Assembly (NCBI GenBank): GCA_041641295.1 | Contig: JBEPYO010000001.1 | Location: 1,056,001-1,120,000 of the forward strand | Reading direction: 5' to 3' | DNA length: 64,000 nucleotides | DNA from: Nitrososphaerota archaeon | GTDB taxonomy: Archaea > Thermoproteota > Nitrososphaeria_A > Caldarchaeales > Calditenuaceae | In this document: piece by piece, positions 32,280 through 40,704 of the stretch | How the letters are laid out: every line of letters begins with the position of its first letter | Position numbering within the stretch: the stretch's first letter is position 1 | Notes under the pieces: model-generated | Databases searched by the model: none | Seen by the model: the letters and a program-made list of their open reading frames with translations, nothing else | What the model was told of the DNA's origin: nothing | Made by a program: the position numbers and the translations under genes

Positions 32280-32786
32280 CTATAAGCCACTTCTTTTTCT
32301 TGGGATGAATAGTGCTAGGGCTGTGAGTAGGGATGCTATTAGGAGGCCTTCCGCTGTGAATATTGGGGCATCTAGGCTTGCTATTACTCCATAGTTATAG
32401 GGTTCCTCGAGGATTCTGAATGCCAGATATATTGCAGGCTGGCTCTCTACATGCAGCCTGGACTCAAATACCAGTCTGTAGGAGTTTTGTGAGAGGGGCC
32501 AGAGTATGGGTGTGTATCCCTCCATGAAGTCTATGAATGTGTGGGAGGCCCATCCTAGGGCTGAGAGCCGGAGAATAGAGCCCAGCAGGACAGCCCTTGG
32601 TAGGAGTGATATTAGGGCAAGTATTATGGAGGGGGTGATCGAGTGGGTTATAGATCTGTGCATGAGGAGTAGGACGTCTAGGTCTGGTAGGATGCCTATG
32701 ACGCCGAGTAGGAGGCTCCGTCGTAGCCCCAGCCGGAGAATAGAGCCAATGGCGAAAGGAATTGCGAAGTGTAGCACGGGTTCCAT
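32280..32786 (-). CDS. YdjM-like metal-dependent membrane hydrolase
   Basis: MEPVLHF, LPDLD, HRSITHS, SHTFID; paralog of the N-terminus of 27766..29265. Confidence 0.85.
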   Translation of the reverse strand: MEPVLHFAIPFAIGSILRLGLRRSLLLGVIGILPDLDVLLLMHRSITHSITPSIILALISLLPRAVLLGSILRLSALGWASHTFIDFMEGYTPILWPLSQNSYRLVFESRLHVESQPAIYLAFRILEEPYNYGVIASLDAPIFTAEGLLIASLLTALALFIPRKRSGL

Positions 32787-33064
32787 ACACTATCAGCCCC
32801 TCGGTAAGCCGCTACCGCCGGGCCGAAGACTTGGTTCCCGCCTCTCCTTAAAGGTCATTTGCCCGCGCTTTATGAAGCCTATCACTACTATATACGATTG
32901 AAGACGCGATCGCTTCTAGTGGCCTCTCTATGGCTGGTGTGGGTGGATTCATGCTTCTTCGAGAAAGGCTTTAGGCTATACCGATACACCCCCCGGGGTG
33001 AGCGTAAGTGCTTTCCCATTGTTCTTTAAACTTCACGGTCACGAGTTTTTATGAGACTATCCTA

Positions 33065-33820
33065 CTACTGGGGCAACATACCCTCAAAATACTTTTCAAT
33101 AGCTTCGCCGCGTAGTTTTTCATAGCTCTCTATGCTTCCCACATCGCACCAGAATGCGTCTGTTATGTAGGCGTGGACAGGCTCACCTTTCATGACAAGA
33201 TGTGGGAGCAAGTGGGACATTATGTCTAGCCTCCTAGTCTTCTCGCCGAGATGCCGGAGCTCCTCCAACGCCCTCTCTTCTAGTGCCAGTATACCGATGC
33301 CCACCAGCATATCTAGCTGGGGCTTCTCCCTAACCCCCACTATCCTCGTCCCCTGGACCTCAACCACGCCAACCGGGAGCTGGTATTTCGCGGACACCGC
33401 TAGCGTCGCGGTGGCCCGCGTCTCCCCGTGTTGCCGGAGCATATCAGTCAAGTCAATGTTTGAGAGTATGTCGCCGTAATAGATAAGGATGGTGTTTTGG
33501 CTCAACATTCCCTGTAGATATGCGTTGAGGAGTGCTCCACCAGTTCCCGCGAAATCGGGGCTATCGCGCACATAGCTGATCTTTACGCCGAAGCGACTTC
33601 CGTCATCGAAGTAGTTCTCGATCTGCTCATGCTTGTATCCTACAAGCAGAGTTATGTCTTTTACGCCATGGCGGTGTAGGAGCCGGATAATGTATTCGAG
33701 GAGAGGTTTCTGTCTTCTGCCGATCGGGATCATACCCTTCTGAAAATAGTATGTTAGGGGGCGTAGCCTAGTACCCTCTCCGCCGCAAAGAACCACACCT
33801 TGAACTCCACCAGCAGACAA
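33065..33820 (-). CDS. Sugar-phosphate nucleotidyltransferase
   Basis: LCGGEGTRLRPLT, GTGGAL, YYGD, EKP, WCDVG. Confidence 0.92.
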   Translation of the reverse strand: MSAGGVQGVVLCGGEGTRLRPLTYYFQKGMIPIGRRQKPLLEYIIRLLHRHGVKDITLLVGYKHEQIENYFDDGSRFGVKISYVRDSPDFAGTGGALLNAYLQGMLSQNTILIYYGDILSNIDLTDMLRQHGETRATATLAVSAKYQLPVGVVEVQGTRIVGVREKPQLDMLVGIGILALEERALEELRHLGEKTRRLDIMSHLLPHLVMKGEPVHAYITDAFWCDVGSIESYEKLRGEAIEKYFEGMLPQ

Positions 33821-34565
33821 TCTTTATCCCCCCAAGACAGGAATGAGCCGTTATGAGTGTTTTATTTTTATTGTCCGTGTCATAAAAATATTGCTACCAT
33901 ATAGCTCTCCTGATGTTGGGGCTGGGTGAGACACTCCATCAGCGTGTCGCGCAACTGTTAATTTTTATAGACGCTATAACCGGGCTTTTATCTCAGCCCG
34001 GATGCGATGATTAGTGCAGCCGTGGAGAGCGTCGACGATATAATATGAGGTCGGCTTATGCTTAGGAAGATTCTTCAGCAGATCAACAACATAGGAGCGA
34101 AACATACCAAGGAAAAGGGCTCATAGACATAGATAGAATAACGAGAATATACCCAGCTCACCTCCCGCTAGACCGCATCAGCGACACACCCCTTTACTAA
34201 CGCTATGATGTTGGAGGACCAGATGCTGAATCTGCCCAAAAAATCTCTATGGGGTGACGATTTCGCGTGTGTCCTACCCAAGCCCACCGTCTATTATCTC
34301 TTCCGAGATCTTCCAGCCCCTTTCTTTCTGGTTCTAACTTTCTTCCTCCTCGACATGTTTCCTCGTTAGATATAGAGTTTGGATGTATAAAATATTATTG
34401 ATTTAGAATCGTTGTGAGGGTTACATATATCAGACACTACGCCTCTACGCTGGTATGCAATCTTCTTCAGGTCTCAACTCCACAGGTAATTACTCGTGCA
34501 TGTTGGACTCTAGGTTATGCGGAGTCTGTGGAGTTATTCTGGAACATCTAATCGCTCTTGGTAGA

Positions 34566-35863
34566 CTACTCTCTGATCCCCAAGCTCCTGCGAAGTGAGA
34601 GTGACATAGTCTTCAATCTATCCTCATCTCCCGCCAGGTGCGCTGAGAGTGCTTCCACGATCATCTTGACATCCTTTTTGTCAAGCTCCTTCTTCTTTAG
34701 GAACTTGGAGACCCCCTTCCAACCTTTCTTTGCTATGGTTCGTGTGAGGCCTGGCATTAGGGCCTCGGACACAGCCAGTCTCAGGGCTTGGTCGCGGTGG
34801 ATGTGCTGTGAAGCCCTCTCGACAGCTGCTCTCAAGTCCAAGCGGACCTTGACCGGTTTGAACCTATTCTTAACAGACTCTGGGAGGGCATCGTATATCG
34901 ACCTATGTGTCAGAAGTGCTGTTTGATAGGGTAGCCCCGCGGCCTCGCTGAACTCGATGAACCCTTATGGTTCCTCTCCACGCCCACCCTCCGAATCCTA
35001 CTCGGACGGACAGCCCTAGTGAGGATTAGGAGCGGAACTCTGTCTAGTAGGCCCAGCTCAAGCCGTATCTCCTCGCAGCGTGTGGTCTCCATGTTATACA
35101 CCTTGCAGTTCCTCCAAGGTAGGCTGGCCGGGATTGCTGAGGGTAGGCCGGGGGCCGAGACCACCTCTTCGTCCAGCAGATAGGCGACTCCAGGCTCAGG
35201 CCCCCTCTCGACCAGCTCATCCAGGAAGATTTCCTCATATAGAGGAGTCTCGACCGCTTGGCCGACGCCATGCTGGTGCTGGCTCATTCTCAGGAAGTCC
35301 TCTAGCACAGTGGACATGTTGATTATGAAGGCTTCCCTCTCCGTCTCATTAGCGAAGCTGAACCTCTCCGAGAGTATTACTGAAGCCAAGTATGCTGTAA
35401 GCTCTGTACCGTTCTCCCTGACCACCCTGACAGCCGCTAGGACTTCTTCAACTGTTAGACCCATGCCCTTAACAATCCTGGAGAACCAGTCAGGAACTCT
35501 AGAAGTGGCAACATCTTCCCGCCCTGATGGTTCAGCCCCGCCAGCAGACCCGTGCCGGCTTTCCTCGATCTCGTTGAGAGCCCTCATCAAGCCGGAAGGG
35601 ACTATCCGCCCCGTCCGCGAGGTCGAGGCAGGCCGCCCTCTAGACCTCCACCAACCCCCAACAAAAATATGTGTAGTCGCGATGAACAGCACTATGGAAA
35701 CAGCTATGATCAGGAGGACAACTAGCCAGTCCCAGGAACTATCGGGAGGCTCCTCTCCCGACAATAGCCAGACAGGCTCGGAGCCTCCAACAGCGGCCAG
35801 TAGTATGGGGGTTTGAGCGAGCCCAGCAATTATGAGGGCGGCGAGTATTGAGACCCATGCCAT
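34566..35863 (-). pseudogene. Hypothetical membrane-anchored protein, probably split by a frameshift near 34.93-34.98 kb
   Basis: 34910..35863 has a signal peptide and TM; the frame of 34566..34841 stays open upstream and overlaps its end. Confidence 0.45.
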
Positions 35864-35989
35864 TAGCCTGTCCCCACCTCGTGCTATCTATTATCACACT
35901 ACAGAGTCGCTGAGGATGGATAAAAAAGGTTAGAGCCTATACGCGCTCAGCCATGTCAGGTCTTGAGGCTACCCCACCCCTACATACTC

Positions 35990-36034
35990 TTTGCACAACC
36001 CGTGTCACAATCCGCGTCACATTTTGTGTCACAA
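35990..36034. repeat. Four iteron-like 9-mers at 12-bp period
   Basis: TTTGCACAA 35990, GTGTCACAA 36002, GCGTCACAT 36014, GTGTCACAA 36026. Confidence 0.6.
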
Positions 36035-36438
36035 CTGCTTAAATCTGAGTCTCCGCGTGTCTCTCTCGGACAGTCCTCCAATGGGTCTCCGATGAGGAGG
36101 GCGTCCCCCCAGTCGGGCGATCGATCCAATGAGGCAGGGGATAGCCGAGGCGCCTCCTCCAGGGGCGGTGGAGGAGGCGTAAAGGAGCGGTCGCCCGATA
36201 GCAGAAGAGTCCGCGAAGGCATGGTGCAGTCCCACGCCTCTCGCGGGACGGGCCTCCGCCGCCGGGCTGAGGCCGCGCGCCCATAGAAGACGCGGCTATA
36301 GGTCTGGACAGAGAATATAGACGATGACCATAACCACATCCTTCTCCCCCGATTCTCACCCTAGTATGGGTGACCACCCCATACTCTCGTCATGGGTGGG
36401 GTGGCGGGGGGAGGGGTTTGGCTGGGCTCTGGGCCTTG

Positions 36439-36551
36439 GGACGGCCGCGTGGCTGACCACGCACCCGGACAGCCGCGTGGTTGACGGGTGTGACCCCGAA
36501 GCCATGCATGCCGGGACCGCCACTCCTGGGCAGGACAGCCGCGTGGCTGAC
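36439..36551. repeat. Three copies of a 19-nt hairpin motif GGAC(A/G)GCCGCGTGG(C/T)TGAC
   Basis: Copies at 36439-36457, 36467-36485 and 36533-36551; core CAGCC-GCGT-GGCTG. Confidence 0.8.
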
Positions 36552-36963
36552 GGACGCGTGGAAGGGGACGAGGGATGCCAAATAATTGCCGAAGATATCG
36601 GATGAGCCTTGATGTTTCTGAATGACTGTTCCCTGTGCCACGCTAGCTCCGAGAACTCAGAAGAACTCAGGTTCTCAGGAGATTACTGACGACCGGGGCG
36701 GCAACACCTGATCCGAGGGCGGGTCCGAGGGGGCGTGGAGGCTTCCCGGCTGTTGCCGGCCTCCCCAATATGTCTATGGGGAGGAGAAAATGGTCTCCCG
36801 TCCCTCATCGGACCCGCGCCCCGGGGTTGCAGGGGGGCCTGGTCCCGGGCCTAAGCACGACCCCCCTTCGGGGTCTCGACGCAGGGACCCGCGGACAATC
36901 CGCGGAGCCAGCCGCCAAATCAAAGTGGAAGAACTCGAGGATTAATGGGAGGATGACGAATAG

Positions 36964-37857
36964 GTGATGGGGATGATGCAGACCTCCGTGAGAGCTGTTA
37001 GAAGATTCTACATCGACATACACAGACTAGCTAATAAGAATAGAAAGAATAAGACTGAGGAGAGCTATCACATATACACCATTGATGGTGAGATGTTCGG
37101 CAAGGCGAGGACCTTGATGGATATTACAGCCAAAGAGGGAGACGAGCTCTACGTAGATACAATCCCGATAGAGCTCACAGACGAGTTCATTGAGATGCTG
37201 AGGAGAGGTGTTAGGGTCTTCTATTTGAGAAGACCAACATTGATAGCGAGGAAGAGAAAGGAGTTGGGATTGTCTAAGACTAGTAGAAACGATCTCAGAG
37301 CTATGATGACGCTAGAGCCTAAATGGTTCATAGAAGTCGGTGAAGACTTTCTGGTGATTAGAAGGCTAGCTGCCACGTTCAGAAGTCTATTAAAGACTCA
37401 TGTGAGCCTTTTGAATAGGGCTAAGGCCCTACAGGAGGCTGAGAGGAAGATTCTGATAGATTCTGTCAAGTCCCTCGAGAAATCTATGAGTGATATGGCT
37501 ATGTTGATTGTCGCAGAGGCGGAGAAGAGGATGCCAGCCTACCGTAAAGTGGTCGAAGCTCTAGGAATCTCCGGCGACAACTATCTATTTGCTAAGGAGG
37601 CTCTAGCAGAAATCATGCCATACATTGACAGAAGCACATCGTGTAGAAGGATTATGAAGTTATTAGGCCTCTATAGAGGACATAGAGGTGTTGACAAGTT
37701 CTACAATAAACCGGCTAGGAGCGCTCTTTCCAGACTGACAGCAGCGTTACTGAACAATACATATCACAGAGCAAAGGACGAGGAGAAAATACTGCGAAGA
37801 ATATGGACAACAATAAAACAATCGGAGCCCCAGGAAAGGCTGGGGGCACCGGCCTAG
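36964..37857 (+). CDS. IS110/TasR-like protein (RuvC-like N-terminus, coiled coil, Nop-like C-terminus lacking the IS110 catalytic Ser motif)
   Basis: YIDIH, YVDT, P..I...R..LGLSKTSRND (cf. KTDxxDA), IRRL...RSLLK...LLNR, LGISG...LAEI, LGLY...YNKPARSAL; no GLxPxxxxSG. Confidence 0.7.
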   Translation: MMGMMQTSVRAVRRFYIDIHRLANKNRKNKTEESYHIYTIDGEMFGKARTLMDITAKEGDELYVDTIPIELTDEFIEMLRRGVRVFYLRRPTLIARKRKELGLSKTSRNDLRAMMTLEPKWFIEVGEDFLVIRRLAATFRSLLKTHVSLLNRAKALQEAERKILIDSVKSLEKSMSDMAMLIVAEAEKRMPAYRKVVEALGISGDNYLFAKEALAEIMPYIDRSTSCRRIMKLLGLYRGHRGVDKFYNKPARSALSRLTAALLNNTYHRAKDEEKILRRIWTTIKQSEPQERLGAPA

Positions 37858-37997
37858 ACAGCAGGGAAAAACCCTAGACGGCCGGTGCCCGAAAAGATAT
37901 AGGTGGTAGAGAAACTCTCTACCGCCCCCTCAATTTATAGCCCGGTCGTCCTTTCCTAGGGGTTCCTAGGTGCTGTCTGGCAGGCCTGCCCCCAGCC
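37838..37997 (+). ncRNA. Candidate dual-guide hairpin RNA (stem-loop tigRNA/bridge-RNA-like)
   Basis: Nested helices GGCTGGGGGCA/TGCCCCCAGCC, TAGACAGCA/TGCTGTCTG, ACGGCCGG/CCGGTCGT and GGTGGTAGAGA/TCTCTACCGCC; internal loop with CCC-GAAAAGATA-TAG and CCC-CTCAATTTA-TAG. Confidence 0.7.
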
Positions 37998-38222
37998 AAA
38001 CCCTCCCCTATCTCTCCCTCCCAATTCTTGCCTCACACCAGTATAGGATTCCTTCTCGAGCTTAGCTACTAAGAGAGTATAATCCTACCCACGAGACCCG
38101 GTTAGCTACCCTGCGAGTTTTAGTCTCGCTGAGAAGCCACTGAATTACGCCTAGTCTGTGTCACCTATCAACAACTATTACAGGCTTACCATCACAAATG
38201 TCTAGTACCCTTCTTAAGAATG

Positions 38223-38363
38223 TTAGGGCAGTGACGATGGGTCTACTCCTGGATGCGTATATGTGTATATAGCTGTTATCTCTCTAAATCCACACCTATT
38301 GCAGACCAACATGTATACTATGCTGCCGTAGACCTTCTCTACAGTCTCGTCTACGACACCCAT
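38223..38363 (-). CDS. 46-aa ORF with a CxxC half zinc ribbon (possibly a remnant)
   Basis: MGVVDETVEKVYGSIVYMLVCNRCGFREITAIYTYTHPGVDPSSLP. Confidence 0.35.
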   Translation of the reverse strand: MGVVDETVEKVYGSIVYMLVCNRCGFREITAIYTYTHPGVDPSSLP

Positions 38364-38669
38364 CCTCCTAGGCCTCCTCTTCGGCCCTGAATAAAATCCT
38401 CAGTCTATGAACCATCTCTAATACTCTCTCTAGCAGCATAATTTCAGAAAATATCTCTCACATATATCCCCAAGGCTAAGATCAGCTATAACAGAACAAC
38501 AGCATACAACCTCTCAGAAGGACTATACCTATTGGTTCAGAACAGTTTGAGAAAGACTATACTACATGGTTCGTTCAAAGATATGCATAACAAAGTGAGA
38601 CAACTACAAGGCCTTGAACTGTCTCTAAAAATCTTAAATAAAAGTTGACAGCACCCTGCAAACCATCCG

Positions 38670-38707
38670 TTAAATATAAATTGAGCGGGCTTCCTTTTTC
38701 AGCCCGC
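38670..38707 (+). promoter_or_regulatory. TATA box of the aro operon plus palindrome GCGGGCT-N9-AGCCCGC
   Basis: TTAAATATAAAT at 38670-38681, ~30 nt before ATG 38708; inverted repeat at 38685-38707. Confidence 0.65.
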
Positions 38708-38797
38708 ATGAGTAGGGGGAGGGGCGTAGGTCGTAGCTACTTAACACCTCTATGGGGTACTACGACCTATGCCTATTTCTTTGGACCGATTGACTAG
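38708..38797 (+). CDS. Candidate aromatic-rich leader peptide (29 aa)
   Basis: MSRGRGVGRSYLTPLWGTTTYAYFFGPID followed by TAG TAG; directly upstream of the aro operon. Confidence 0.65.
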   Translation: MSRGRGVGRSYLTPLWGTTTYAYFFGPID

Positions 38798-38851
38798 TAG
38801 GTCCTCTTCTCCCCCCTCCCCCCTGCTCTGCGGATGTGTGGTGTATGTACC

Positions 38852-39904
38852 ATGTCTAGGTTAGGTGTAGCTATACTCGGAGCGACGGGGATGGTTGGCC
38901 AAATATACGTGCAGATGCTGAGCAAGCATCCATGGTTTGAGATTAGGGCTGTGACGGGGAACTCGACGGTGGGCAAGACGCTCAGAGAGGCTTACCGAGG
39001 CAGGGGCCATGTGCCGGAGAAGTATGCCGACATGGAGGTTCTGCCCTCAGACCCATCTAAGATAGACGCCGACCTGGTCTTCAGCTGTCTTCCAACAAAA
39101 TCTGCCAGAGAGGTTGAGCCCAAGTTCGCAGCTGCCGGCTTCCCGGTTGTAAGCGACTCGTCAGCCCACAGATACCTGCCCGACGTTCCTCTAATCATAC
39201 CGGAGGTAAACCCAGAGCATCTTGACTTGATAGATGCCCAGAAGAGGAGGCGCGGCTGGGACGGCTTCATAGTAACAACTCCCAACTGCACTACCGTCGG
39301 ATTCGCGACCCCCCTCAAACCACTAGCCGATGACTTCGGCCTCAGATACGTCAACGTTGTGACGATGCAGGCGGTCTCGGGGGCGGGCTACAACGGCGTG
39401 CCGTCGATGGCTATCTTGGGAAACATTATCCCCTATATTGAGGGGGAGGAGGCGAAAGTCTCTGAAGAGCCTAGAAAGATTCTGGGCAGGCTGGTTGACG
39501 GTGAGGTTCAGCCCATGGATATTCCAATTGATGCGACCTGTATGAGGGTGCCGACGATTGTAGGCCACCTCGAATCAGTCCAGGTTGAGCTTGGCAGGGA
39601 CGCCTCCGTGGAGGAGGTTGTAGACTCGCTGGCGGGATTTATCGGGCTGCCTCAGAAGCTGGAGCTACCGACCGCGCCTAGACGCCCGATAAATGTTCTC
39701 ACTGATGAGGAGAGGCCTCAGCCTCGGCTGGACGCGGATGCAGGCGAGGTACCGGGGATGGTTATCTCTGTCGGCAGGGTTAGAAAGGGTAGAAAGCCGG
39801 GCACGGTGATGTTCGTCACGTTGAGCCATAACCTTATAAGAGGCGCTGCCGGCGGCGCTATATTGACCGCTGAGCTGCTCTACGCTTTGAGGAGGTTGGA
39901 TTAG
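38852..39904 (+). CDS. asd: Aspartate-semialdehyde dehydrogenase
   Basis: ILGATGMVGQ, PEVN, PNCTT, QAVSGAG, HNLIRGAAG. Confidence 0.97.
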   Translation: MSRLGVAILGATGMVGQIYVQMLSKHPWFEIRAVTGNSTVGKTLREAYRGRGHVPEKYADMEVLPSDPSKIDADLVFSCLPTKSAREVEPKFAAAGFPVVSDSSAHRYLPDVPLIIPEVNPEHLDLIDAQKRRRGWDGFIVTTPNCTTVGFATPLKPLADDFGLRYVNVVTMQAVSGAGYNGVPSMAILGNIIPYIEGEEAKVSEEPRKILGRLVDGEVQPMDIPIDATCMRVPTIVGHLESVQVELGRDASVEEVVDSLAGFIGLPQKLELPTAPRRPINVLTDEERPQPRLDADAGEVPGMVISVGRVRKGRKPGTVMFVTLSHNLIRGAAGGAILTAELLYALRRLD

Positions 39905-40704
39905 TGATGGTGTCGGGTAAGAAGGTCAGGCTTTCGAGACTGACAGAGCGTGGGAGGATGCTCTGCATTCCCATGGACCACGGAATAACCGTCGGGCCAA
40001 TGAAAGGGCTTGACACAATATACAAGACGATCCGCGAGGTGGAGAAGGGTGGGGCTACAGCGTTCCTTGTCCAGAAGGGGATAGTGAAGCACATGCCTGA
40101 GCCTCCGCAGATCGGGTTCATAATCCATGTATCGGGAAGCACCTCGCTGGGCCCAGACCCCAACTGGAAGGTTCGCGTCGGAGGAGTGAAGACCGCACTC
40201 CTGCTGGGTGCCGATGGCCTCTCAGTTCACATAAACATAGGCAGCAAGGCTGAGCCCGAGATGCTGAAGAAGCTCGGAGAGGTGGCGGACGAGTGCGAGT
40301 CTTGGGGTGTCCCGCTGATAGCTATGATGTATCCGAGGGGTGAGGGAATCAAGGATCCGAACGACCCGAACGTGCTGATGCATGTCGCGAGGGTTGGTGC
40401 TGAGCTGGGGGCTGACATAGTTAAGGTGCCCTACAGCGGGAGCGTGGATACGTTTAGACGGGTTGTTGAGGCCTGTCCTGCGCCGGTCGTCATGGCAGGA
40501 GGTCCAAAGATGGATGACGACTTGGCGGTCTTGAGGATGGCTCGCGAGGCTATGGATGCTGGCGCGATGGGGGTAACCATAGGTAGGAACGTCTTCATGC
40601 ATGAGAGACCGGCGGCAATCGTCAGGGCGCTACGCGCAATAGTAATCGAGGACAGGAGCGTAGAGGATGCCCAGAGCCTGCTTGGGCGTGAGCTTAGGGC
40701 TTGA
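39904..40704 (+). CDS. aroA': 2-amino-3,7-dideoxy-D-threo-hept-6-ulosonate synthase (DhnA-type aldolase)
   Basis: [30 protein letters not shown]; lies between asd and DHQ synthase II. Confidence 0.88.
   Translation: MMVSGKKVRLSRLTERGRMLCIPMDHGITVGPMKGLDTIYKTIREVEKGGATAFLVQKGIVKHMPEPPQIGFIIHVSGSTSLGPDPNWKVRVGGVKTALLLGADGLSVHINIGSKAEPEMLKKLGEVADECESWGVPLIAMMYPRGEGIKDPNDPNVLMHVARVGAELGADIVKVPYSGSVDTFRRVVEACPAPVVMAGGPKMDDDLAVLRMAREAMDAGAMGVTIGRNVFMHERPAAIVRALRAIVIEDRSVEDAQSLLGRELRA

Noticed and set aside
36439-36551. CRISPR array or multi-unit TIGR array
   Set aside because: Only three copies with gaps of 9 and 47 nt, no regular repeat-spacer period, and no cas genes seen.
36700-36920. SRP RNA or RNase P RNA
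   Set aside because: The hallmark SRP helix-8 and RNase P GAGGAAAGUCC motifs were not found.
1-36960. Left junction GAAAAGATA of the island on the + strand
   Set aside because: No exact + strand copy found by eye; the near match at ~17271-17283 is inside a CDS. The junction may lie outside the window or be lost.
35963-37023. Several overlapping short ORFs on both strands
   Set aside because: Low-complexity translations of GC-rich structured DNA with no recognisable motifs.
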